From Candidatus Binatia bacterium (lineage in GTDB: Bacteria; Desulfobacterota; Binatia; UBA9968; JAJDTQ01): a stretch of DNA of 64,000 nt. The stretch is taken from assembly GCA_963666515.2 (NCBI GenBank), contig OY762897.2, positions 2,624,001 through 2,688,000 on the forward strand. Reading direction: 5' to 3'. The notes beneath the pieces were generated by a model. The model saw only the letters and a list, made by a program, of their open reading frames with translations, ran no database searches and had not been told where the DNA came from. Position 1 is the stretch's first letter. Each line of letters starts with the position of its first letter. Made by a program: the position numbers and the translations under genes. Shown here one piece after another: positions 51,296 through 59,822 of this stretch.

Positions 51296-52596
51296 TGGCG
51301 CGCAGGCGGACCCGAGTTCCCCTTGATGTCTACATCAACTCCCGTCTGGTTGGACAACTGCGGCGTCTCCCGACCGGAGCCATCGACTTTCGATACGACG
51401 AGGGCTGGCTGGGTTGGGAAGACGCCCTGCCCATTTCGATTTCGCTGCCGCTACGCGAGGACCGCTACACCGGCGATCCCGTGATCGCGGTATTCGACAA
51501 CCTTCTCCCGGATAACGTACAGATCCGACGCCGCATCGCCGAACGTGTCAAGGCCGACGACTACGGCACCTACAGCCTGCTGGCCAAGGTCGGCCGTGAC
51601 TGCGTGGGCGCGATGCAACTTCTCCCGGAAGGGCAACCGCCCGGCCCGGCAGGGGCAGTGGAGGGTCGAGAGGTCAGCGCCGACGAGATGGCCGGAAAAA
51701 TCCGCGAACTGGCTCTGGCTCCCCTTGGCGTGACCGGGGATGACGAGTTCCGTATTTCCATAGCTGGAGCGCAGGACAAGACCGCCTTTCTGTATTGGAA
51801 GGACAAGTGGCACATCCCGCATGGCGCCACAGCGACGACACACATTGTGAAACCCCAAATCGGCAGGCTGGCCGACGGCATCGATCTCACCCGGAGCGTC
51901 GAGAACGAATACCTGTGCCTTCGCCTGGCGGCCGCCCTCGGCCTGCCGACCGCCAGGACCGAGGTCACGGACTTCGGCGGCGAACGCGTCCTGGTGGTCG
52001 AGCGCTTTGACCGGAGGTGGACAAGGGACGGGCGGCTGCTGCGCTTGCCGCAGGAAGACTGCTGCCAGGCGCTTTCGGTGCCGCCCACCTTGAAATACGA
52101 GTCAGACGGCGGCCCCGGGATCCGCGATGTATCGACGCTGCTGAAGGCAAGCGACGAGCCCGCCGTGGATCAAGGGACGTTTCTCAAGGCACAGATCGTG
52201 TTCTGGCTGCTGGGCGCGACCGACGGCCACGCCAAGAACTTCAGCATTTCCCTGAGACCGGGCGGAGGCTTCAGCCTCACGCCCCTCTATGACGTGATGT
52301 CGTCGCAACCTGCCATGGACGCCGGACAACTACGGAGAAACCAGTTCAGGCTCGCAAACGCGGTCGGCAACAACCGTCACTACGTCATCGACGGGATCAT
52401 GCCGAGGCATTTCGTTCAGTCCGCCGAGAACAGCGGCGTGCCTCCGGCCGTGATAGAACAAATCTGCGCCGACTTGGCAACATCCGCCGAAACGGCGATC
52501 GACGAGACCCTCAATGCCCTCCCTGACGATTTTCCGGCAGAACTTGCCGACTCCATCGCAGGCGGGATGCGGAAGCGCCTGCGGCTCCTCGGCTAG
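51295..52596 (+). CDS. hipA: HipA-family kinase toxin
   Basis: ISIAGAQDK, THIVKP, LVVERFDR, QEDCCQAL, DGHAKNFS, LTPLYD. Confidence 0.95.
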   Translation: MARRRTRVPLDVYINSRLVGQLRRLPTGAIDFRYDEGWLGWEDALPISISLPLREDRYTGDPVIAVFDNLLPDNVQIRRRIAERVKADDYGTYSLLAKVGRDCVGAMQLLPEGQPPGPAGAVEGREVSADEMAGKIRELALAPLGVTGDDEFRISIAGAQDKTAFLYWKDKWHIPHGATATTHIVKPQIGRLADGIDLTRSVENEYLCLRLAAALGLPTARTEVTDFGGERVLVVERFDRRWTRDGRLLRLPQEDCCQALSVPPTLKYESDGGPGIRDVSTLLKASDEPAVDQGTFLKAQIVFWLLGATDGHAKNFSISLRPGGGFSLTPLYDVMSSQPAMDAGQLRRNQFRLANAVGNNRHYVIDGIMPRHFVQSAENSGVPPAVIEQICADLATSAETAIDETLNALPDDFPAELADSIAGGMRKRLRLLG

Positions 52597-52624
52597 ATTC
52601 ACCGTCAACTCGCATTGGTGCGCG

Positions 52625-53809
52625 TCACCGCTCAAGGAACGGCATGACGCGGCGCAGGTAGGCGTCGAACAGCGGAACGGTGAAGGCGGTGTCGCCGTGG
52701 GCGGGACTGTAGATCATGCCTTTGCTGATGAGCTTCGCGCGGGTCGGGGCTACGACGCGGACGGACTGGGCGAGGACTTGGGCGATCTCGCCGGAGCGGT
52801 GCGGGCCGCCGCCAAGCTCGGCCATGGCGCGCAGGTAGCGTTTTTCGGACGGCGCCAAGCGATCGAAGCGGGCGCGAAAGAAGCTGGCGTCCAACTCGGC
52901 CGTAGCTTGGCGGGTGGCGGACTCGACGTCTGAGGCCGTGACCGGTGAGGATGTGGCGCAGTCCCAGCAGTGCTTGCCCCACTCCTGGAGAAAATATGGG
53001 TAGCGCTGGGTGTTTTGCAGCACCGTCTCCAGGGCGTCAGGTTGGAAGGCAACGTCGAGGCGCCTCGCCGGCGCTTCGATGGCGCGCCTTGCGGACCCCG
53101 CATCCAGCGGACCTATCTCCGGGAAGGTGAAGAGCCGTTCGGCGTAGGTCTTGGCGGATGCGGTGCGGGCCACGAGTTGCGGCAGGCCCGCGCCAACCAG
53201 CGTTACCGGCAACCGGCTCTGGGCGGCGCGGTGGAGGGCCGCGATCAGCGCGGCCAGATCGCGTTCCGCGACGTACTGCAACTCGTCGATGAAAAGCGCG
53301 ACGGCCGTGTCCTGATCGCGGGCGGCCTCGCCCACGGATTCCATGAGCGCCGTCAGGTCGGCGTCCAGGTCACCGCTGTCGGCGAGGCCCGGTTCCGGGG
53401 CGAGGTCCAGGCTGATGTTGAGGTTACCGCTCCCAAGCTTGATCGCGCTGACGAATCCCGCCAGCGCCTTCAGCGCCCGGCGCGCCGCATCACTGGCGGC
53501 GGCGAGGCGGTTCATGCGCACCAGCGCCGCGTGTAACGGCGGGACGAGCAGAACCGGCAGCGACCTGTCTTCCGGCGCCTCCAGGAGAAGCGTCGTGAAA
53601 CCGCGACATCGGGCGTCCTGGCAGATGCGGTTCAGGAGCACCGTCTTGCCTACGCCCCGCAAACCCACCATCAGCATGCTCTTTGCCGCCCGCCCGTTGC
53701 GGATTCGGTCCAGGGCGATGGATGCCTCTTCGATCAGCACGTCCCGCCCTGCCAACTCCGGCGGCGGGGTCCCTGCTCCGGGCGCATAGGGGTTCAGTCG
53801 TGGGTCCAT
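52625..53809 (-). CDS. ATP-binding protein (AAA_16/archaeal-ATPase-like, C-terminal wHTH)
   Basis: NPYAPGAG..P.LAGR, GLRGVGKT, LFIDELQ, YPYFLQ. Confidence 0.85.
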   Translation of the reverse strand: MDPRLNPYAPGAGTPPPELAGRDVLIEEASIALDRIRNGRAAKSMLMVGLRGVGKTVLLNRICQDARCRGFTTLLLEAPEDRSLPVLLVPPLHAALVRMNRLAAASDAARRALKALAGFVSAIKLGSGNLNISLDLAPEPGLADSGDLDADLTALMESVGEAARDQDTAVALFIDELQYVAERDLAALIAALHRAAQSRLPVTLVGAGLPQLVARTASAKTYAERLFTFPEIGPLDAGSARRAIEAPARRLDVAFQPDALETVLQNTQRYPYFLQEWGKHCWDCATSSPVTASDVESATRQATAELDASFFRARFDRLAPSEKRYLRAMAELGGGPHRSGEIAQVLAQSVRVVAPTRAKLISKGMIYSPAHGDTAFTVPLFDAYLRRVMPFLER

Positions 53810-53923
53810 ATCAAGTGAAGTTACCCAAGGTTACCTGAAATCGCAAACTTTCGACATGCCGGCGTCTCGTCGATCCATGTCCGCAGGCCGCGCATGTCCC
53901 TGGAGGATGACGGCGACGCGGGA

Positions 53924-55075
53924 TCAGTCGCTGATGTCCTGCAGAAACCAACTCAGCGGCAGCTTCCGTCCCAGGCTCTGCCTCCGGGCGCCCTCGTACA
54001 CTTTGTACGCCGACGCCGCGAACTGGATGGCTATCCCTTGCGTGACGAAGCAAGTGATCTCTTCGGGGTCCGCCCGACCGGGGTAGCGGCCGAGGATTAC
54101 GTCGGACAGGAAGACCCGCTTGTCGTCGTCCAGCAGGCGCTGTTCCCGTTCCAGCCACTCGGTGTCGATGGGCTCGTAGCCGACGGCGGGCCGCCGGTCC
54201 GGGTCGGCCACGTGGTAGTCGGTCCTCGTGGTCCGCGAGTAGACGTACCGGTGGCAGCGGCGGAAGACCTCGTCGTCGATCTCGTTGGGGAGCACCGACA
54301 GCAGGTGTGTGCCCGGCTCCAGCCACTCGCCCTTAACCACCGGCGCCAGCGAGTTGGTGCAGGCGGCGACGATGTCGGCCCCCTCGGTCACCTGACGCGG
54401 ATGGTCCACCGCGGCCACCGGGATTCCCATGAGTTGGCTCGTGCGTTCGGCGAACGCCGCCCGGTGGTCGGGATTGGGGCTGTAGACCGCGATGCGCTTG
54501 ATGGGCCTCACCTTGGCGATGGCCAGCGCGTGGGCCGTGGCCATGCCGGCGGTGCCGTAGATGCCCAGGGTGGCGGCATCCTCGCGCGCCATGTGCTTCA
54601 CGCTGATGGCCCCGGCCGCGCCTACCCGCATGTGCTGGATGTGGCCGTCGTTCATGATCGCCAGCGGGGCGCCGTCCTCGGTGCTGAACAGCACGATCAG
54701 GCCGCAGAACTTGCCCGGCGCGACGCAGTACTTCTTCACTTGGGCTCCCGACGGCGGCAGGATGTCGGACTTCATCCTGATGGCGAGAGCGCCCATGCCG
54801 GGAAGCGCCGAGGCCATGGGGTCCCAGGTGTACCAGCCCTCGCCTCCGGGCCGGGGCACCGAGTGGGTCGCGCGCGTGGCCGTGGCCCGTCCCAGCCCGT
54901 ACTCCCGGTAGGCTTCCTCCACCGCGTCGATGGTGTCCTCCATCGTCAGGACTTGGGCCGCGGTCCGGTTGTCGATGAAGAGCACGCTCCGCCCTTCGAT
55001 GTCCTCGTCCGCCTGAGCGTTGCCGTGGTAGGTGACGTACGCGTCGTGGTCCATGTTGCGTCCCCGCTCCTTCAT
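53924..55075 (-). CDS. Ornithine cyclodeaminase/mu-crystallin family protein
   Basis: LFSTEDGAPLAIM, MRVGAAG, ADIVAACT, WLEPGTH. Confidence 0.88.
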   Translation of the reverse strand: MKERGRNMDHDAYVTYHGNAQADEDIEGRSVLFIDNRTAAQVLTMEDTIDAVEEAYREYGLGRATATRATHSVPRPGGEGWYTWDPMASALPGMGALAIRMKSDILPPSGAQVKKYCVAPGKFCGLIVLFSTEDGAPLAIMNDGHIQHMRVGAAGAISVKHMAREDAATLGIYGTAGMATAHALAIAKVRPIKRIAVYSPNPDHRAAFAERTSQLMGIPVAAVDHPRQVTEGADIVAACTNSLAPVVKGEWLEPGTHLLSVLPNEIDDEVFRRCHRYVYSRTTRTDYHVADPDRRPAVGYEPIDTEWLEREQRLLDDDKRVFLSDVILGRYPGRADPEEITCFVTQGIAIQFAASAYKVYEGARRQSLGRKLPLSWFLQDISD

Positions 55076-55141
55076 TCATGTGTCCTCAATGGCATTGACC
55101 CTTCATTTCGGCTATAGATCGTCGGTGTAAAGGACACAAGC

Positions 55142-55381
55142 GTGATACGAGTTGACCCCCACAAATGCGACGGCTGCGGCATCTGCGTGTACGACTGCGG
55201 CGCCGACGTGTTCCGCTTCACCAACAAGAAGGACAAGGTCTTCCCTTTCGGCAACAAGTACTGCGTCAACTGCTTCCTGTGCGAGCTGGTCTGTCCGGAA
55301 GACGCGGTCGAGGTGGTGCTGCAGCCCAAGAAGAGAAAGGCCGCGGCGGCCACCGAGCCCACCCCCTCGGCAGACACATGA
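55142..55381 (+). CDS. 2x[4Fe-4S] ferredoxin
   Basis: CDGCGICVYDC and CVNCFLCELVCP. Confidence 0.9.
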   Translation: MIRVDPHKCDGCGICVYDCGADVFRFTNKKDKVFPFGNKYCVNCFLCELVCPEDAVEVVLQPKKRKAAAATEPTPSADT

Positions 55382-57054
55382 GCGACGCCATCCCCACCAC
55401 CGACTGCGACGTCCTCATCATCGGCGGCGGCTTGGCCGCGTGCATGGCCGCGCTGGAAGCATCCAAGCGCAACATGGACGTGGTGCTGGTGGACAAGGGG
55501 CGGCTCGGCCGCAGCGGCTCCAGCCCCACGTCCGGCGGCGTACCCCAGGCGGCCTTCGCCCACGCCGACCCGCGCGACAGCAAGGACCAACACTTCCGCG
55601 ACACCATCCTTGGCGGCGACTACATCCCCAACCAGAAGATCGTCCGGGCCATCGTCGACGAGGTCACCGACCGGGTCATCGAGCTGGAGGAGATGGGGCT
55701 GCACTTCAAGAAGACCCCGGACGGCAAGCAGTTTTACCAGGAAAAGCGCCTGGGCAGCTCCTACGCCCGCAGTTGCCCGCCGGTGGGCGGCAGCGTGGGC
55801 ATGCTGGGCTCCCTCCGCAAGGAGGTCTTCAACCGCGAAGTGCAGGTACACCAGTGGACCATGGTCACCAAGCTCCTGCGCCGCAACGGCCGCGTCACCG
55901 GGGCCTTCGGCATCAACGTGCAGAAAGGCACGTACCACGCGTACCGCGCCCGCGCCGTGGTGCTGGCCGGGGGGAGCGCCATCGGCATCCAGAAGTACAC
56001 CAGCGCCAACTTCCTCACCACCGGCGACGCCTACGTCGCCGCCTTCGACATCGGCGCGCCCCTGGCCAACCTGGAGTTCCTGGAGTTCACCCTGATCCCC
56101 GCCCCCGGCGGCCAGGCCATCTCCATGGCCGGGCTGTCCCCCTTCACCAGCAAGGGCGGCCGCTTCTTCAACTCCCTGAACGAGCGCTTCCTGGAACGAT
56201 ACGACCCCGAGCGGCTGGAAGGCACCACCCGCGCCATCCTGGTGGGCGCCACCTACAAGGAGATGCTCGAAGGGCGCGGCCCCGTGTACATGGACCCGTC
56301 CTACATCCCCGACGAGAAATGGGACGACGAGATCCAGTTCGAATACACCCCCAAGCTCGGCAAGGCCGGCATCAACCCCCGCTCCGACCGCTTCGAGTGG
56401 GTGCCCGCGCTGCACACCTTCCTGGGCGGCCTCGACATCAACGAACGCTGCGAGGTGGCCGGAGTGGAAGGGCTCTACGCCTCGGGCGAATCCGCCACCG
56501 GAACCCACGGCTCCAACCGCCTCAGCGGCAACGCCATCGCCAGCGCCTTCGCGCTGGGGGCCCGGTCAGGGAAGTACGCGGCCATCTACGGGGCGGACGC
56601 GGAGATGGGAGAGGTGGACCCGGGCGAGCTGTCCGCCGAGGTCGCCAGGATCGAAGCTTTCAAGGGCGAGGACGGGCTGAACCCGACCGAGCTGCACGAA
56701 GAGATCAAGGACATCGCCTGGGAGAGCACCGGCGTGGTGCGCAACGAGCCCGGCCTCACCTCCGGAGTGGAACGCTTTCGGGAAATCCGCCGCGAAAAGG
56801 TCCCCCGGCTCAAGGCCGGCAACCTCCGCGACCTCATCAAGTCCCTCGAATGCGCCAACCTCTCCTGGGTCGGCGAAATGGTCGCCGCCTGCGCCCTGGA
56901 GCGCAAGGAATCCCGCGGCCAGCACACCCGCGACGACTACCCCGAGCGGGACGACAGGAACTGCCTCAACTGGATCTCGGTGGAGAAGGACGGAGACGGC
57001 GTGAAGCCGGTGGTGAAGCCGATTCCGTTCGAGGATGGGGATTTGAAGCCGTAG
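55378..57054 (+). CDS. FAD-dependent oxidoreductase of the SdhA/FrdA/AprA/NadB superfamily
   Basis: DVLIIGGGLAA, TGD, HTFLGG, GLYASGE, HGSNRLSGN, RKESRGQHTRDDYP. Confidence 0.9.
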   Translation: MSDAIPTTDCDVLIIGGGLAACMAALEASKRNMDVVLVDKGRLGRSGSSPTSGGVPQAAFAHADPRDSKDQHFRDTILGGDYIPNQKIVRAIVDEVTDRVIELEEMGLHFKKTPDGKQFYQEKRLGSSYARSCPPVGGSVGMLGSLRKEVFNREVQVHQWTMVTKLLRRNGRVTGAFGINVQKGTYHAYRARAVVLAGGSAIGIQKYTSANFLTTGDAYVAAFDIGAPLANLEFLEFTLIPAPGGQAISMAGLSPFTSKGGRFFNSLNERFLERYDPERLEGTTRAILVGATYKEMLEGRGPVYMDPSYIPDEKWDDEIQFEYTPKLGKAGINPRSDRFEWVPALHTFLGGLDINERCEVAGVEGLYASGESATGTHGSNRLSGNAIASAFALGARSGKYAAIYGADAEMGEVDPGELSAEVARIEAFKGEDGLNPTELHEEIKDIAWESTGVVRNEPGLTSGVERFREIRREKVPRLKAGNLRDLIKSLECANLSWVGEMVAACALERKESRGQHTRDDYPERDDRNCLNWISVEKDGDGVKPVVKPIPFEDGDLKP

Positions 57055-57127
57055 CCGGCCGCAGCCCCGTGAACGTCACTCCTTATCCCTGGCTACGAGG
57101 TCGTCTACGTCAACACCTAGGGCGCGT

Positions 57128-57350
57128 GCCAAGGCCGCCAGCAACTTGCGCAAACACGGCGTTGACTTTCGTCTAGCGGCCACCGTGTTCCGGGACCCAC
57201 TCGCATTGACCGTGCGCGACGAAGAGCATAGCACCGGCGACACGTAGAGAACGACGCCAATACGAATCAGGCCAATGAAACGCGAGTACGACTTCTCCAA
57301 GGGCGAGCGCGGCAAGTTCTATCGACCAAACACCACACTCAATCCGCCGC
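57128..57350 (+). pseudogene. Collapsed BrnT/BrnA-type toxin-antitoxin remnant
   Basis: AKAASNLRKHGVDFRLAATVFRDPLALTVRDEEHS...*, then ERRQYESGQ* overlapping MKREYDFSKGERGKFYRP. Confidence 0.7.
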
Positions 57351-57653
57351 GTCCCAGCGAAAAGCAAGATCAATCGCCTGCTTCCTCGATCTCATCAGGT
57401 TCCCCGATCATTGATACGAGAATGGTTGGAGGCGTTAGTGAAGGGACACAAGGGGACGGACGCAATCAACGCGTCAAAAGTTGCTGTCATGGTCGCGGCA
57501 ACGATTCCCGAGGAAAAAAGAATGAGGAGGATGGGGGGCCTATCAAGTTAGGTATATAATTCCCACTGGGAACTATCGCGGAACGCTACACGCACGAGGT
57601 TGAGAAAGCCAGTGCAAGGTTGGGCCGGCTGTTGCGCAACGGGGGGAGAGACT

Positions 57654-57869
57654 ATGAGAGCAAGGCACAAGGAAAAGGCGAGGGGTTGGACGAACTGCGA
57701 AATTCACTTGGGGGACTCATCATGGGACAGCTCAGAGAGCTCCGCGAAGTTCGCATGGCCGGACAAGAACGGCAAAATGGCTCGTGGGGGCGAAGTTCCG
57801 GTGGAAGCTCTACCCCAGCTCCTTGAGGCTGCAATTCGGGAGGGATACTTGAGGATCAAGTCCGGTTGA
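57654..57869 (+). CDS. Small hypothetical protein
   Basis: GGAG RBS before the ATG; protein-like SAKFAWPDKNGKMARGGEVPVEALPQLL. Confidence 0.55.
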   Translation: MRARHKEKARGWTNCEIHLGDSSWDSSESSAKFAWPDKNGKMARGGEVPVEALPQLLEAAIREGYLRIKSG

Positions 57870-57941
57870 TTAGTCAAGTATAGAATTCCCTTTGCTAGCT
57901 ACTATCGGCGATTGATGGGCCTCGCCCGGTTCCGGCCATTT

Positions 57942-58946
57942 TCATTGGGATGACTGTTGACGATGGTGGGCGGCAAGCGAGGCACACATTTCCGCAAGCC
58001 GCCGGCGAAGGCCGGAGGACTCCAGCACGGTCACGCTCTCCCCCCAAGTCACCAGATGCCAACAGATTTCCTCGGTGCCTCCGGCCCTGAAGCGCACCGT
58101 CAGGGAACCGTCACCGCTCTTGATAGTCGTCTGGCTTGGATGGAATCGAAACGCCTTGGCGTCCGGCGCTACGTCGGCATCGAAGCGGAGCACAACATCG
58201 ACGGGTTTCTCCTGGAAGGTGCCGAATGAACGCTCGGCATAGCGCCGCAGGTTGAACGCCGGTTCGCGCTCAAATGTTTCGTCAGTGATCCTGACCTGAG
58301 TAACGTTCGCGAGCCGCCACAGCATGGGGTCCTTTCCCCGATCCGTTCGCCCAACCAGGAAGGCGCGGTTGCCGTAAAGCACTCCGTAAGGCCGCACCCG
58401 CCGCCGTCTCCGCCGTCCCGTTCCTCGGGAAAGGTAGTCGAACTCGATCTTGCGGCGCGCCGTGATCGCATCCCGCACGAGCGAAAGAAGTCCCTCTTCA
58501 AGACATTCCCTCGGGCCTGCGCGCATGGCAAGCCCTTCCGCCTCCATGAGGCTCGCCAGGGCGCTGTTGAACTCTTCGGGGGAGTGGCGGCGTGATGCTG
58601 CCCGCAGCTTGACCACGAGGTCGCGGAGCTTGCCGGCACGTTCCGGGAGTCCAGCATTGTCCAGGCTTCCAGCCGCTGCCTCGATGTCCGCCAACTCGTC
58701 GGGTGAGATTTGAACAAAGGAATGCAGGGCGCGCGACCGAAGTCGCCACCGAATGCGCCGGTCGCCGGTCTCCACGTCCACAGTCTCCAGCGGTCCGAAG
58801 ACCGCCTCAACGGCGTCACGCATCCGCTCCGCCGTGCGCCGACTGACGGAGAACATCTCCTGGATGTCGGCGATGGTCATGCCGCCATGTGCACCCTGGA
58901 GGTGCATGGCGAGGCGAACGTGATCTACGAGGCGTTCGTAACGCAT
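57942..58946 (-). CDS. HTH-WYL-WCX transcriptional regulator
   Basis: HTH MTIADIQEMFSVSRRTAERM; IEFDY, RVRPYGVLYG, WRLANV; C-terminal FHPSQ, HLVTWGESV. Confidence 0.92.
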   Translation of the reverse strand: MRYERLVDHVRLAMHLQGAHGGMTIADIQEMFSVSRRTAERMRDAVEAVFGPLETVDVETGDRRIRWRLRSRALHSFVQISPDELADIEAAAGSLDNAGLPERAGKLRDLVVKLRAASRRHSPEEFNSALASLMEAEGLAMRAGPRECLEEGLLSLVRDAITARRKIEFDYLSRGTGRRRRRRVRPYGVLYGNRAFLVGRTDRGKDPMLWRLANVTQVRITDETFEREPAFNLRRYAERSFGTFQEKPVDVVLRFDADVAPDAKAFRFHPSQTTIKSGDGSLTVRFRAGGTEEICWHLVTWGESVTVLESSGLRRRLAEMCASLAAHHRQQSSQ

Positions 58947-59083
58947 GGGACGTGTCCACTTACGACGCTGCACGGAGCGCGCAAGACCGCAAACGAGAAT
59001 CTTTCACCGTACAAGACAGTCGCTGGCGGCGTACCGGGATCCACACGTCAGCTTGTCATCGAAACAACGTGAGGTTTCCTCGC

Positions 59084-59686
59084 CTAAATCCGCAACCCAT
59101 CCCAAGGCGTGAAGCCGATCGTCCGAGGAAGCACCGGCCGTTTCCTGGGGAATTGAAGGGGTTCCCGTCCGAAATGGTTCCGAATCGCGAGCGCAGACGT
59201 CGGAGTATAACGAGCGCCCGCATCGCCAATCATCCCATCCACCGTGATACCGACGTACTGCTTGAGCGCTTCCTGAAGCACGTATTCCACGTTCTCAATG
59301 AGGTGCTCTCGTGGGCAGGTCACTTCCGCCCAGCAGAACCACGTATTGTTCACTATCGCCTGTGCGATCTCCTTCCTTTCGGCGAGATTCTTGGCAACCG
59401 CATTTCGGTTCAACTCCGCTATCGGAGCCTGAAGGAAAGCTTTCAGGTCGGTGGGAAGATAGTACGTTTCGAGGTCACGCAAATGTTCCCACCAGCGCTT
59501 ACCGATGTCGTCGGACTTCCCGACGCCATAGCCCACATAGTTGCCACCGTTGCCACCGGTGGTTGCCAATACCCATAGGTAGACACCTTGGCCGAGGTAG
59601 GGACAGTACCAGTCCGAGAAGGACTGAATCGCCCCCATCGGGATCGATTTCCAATGTAGCTCGTAGGTCGTGGGCACGTCTGTCAC
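59084..59686 (-). CDS. Hypothetical protein, GIY-YIG nuclease-like
   Basis: GVYLW...GYGVGKSDDIGKRWWEH and later IENVE; AGGAGG RBS. Confidence 0.6.
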   Translation of the reverse strand: MTDVPTTYELHWKSIPMGAIQSFSDWYCPYLGQGVYLWVLATTGGNGGNYVGYGVGKSDDIGKRWWEHLRDLETYYLPTDLKAFLQAPIAELNRNAVAKNLAERKEIAQAIVNNTWFCWAEVTCPREHLIENVEYVLQEALKQYVGITVDGMIGDAGARYTPTSALAIRNHFGREPLQFPRKRPVLPRTIGFTPWDGLRI

Positions 59687-59822
59687 CTCCTCCTTGGTAA
59701 TTCGTTCACCGTTCCTGAAAAGCCGTCAGCACCCTCGGTAGTCGTCCCAACCGGATATAATGGGAAATCAATGGAAACCATCCTCTTCGGTTCGCTCTCC
59801 CATCGTCCGTCGAACTTCACGT

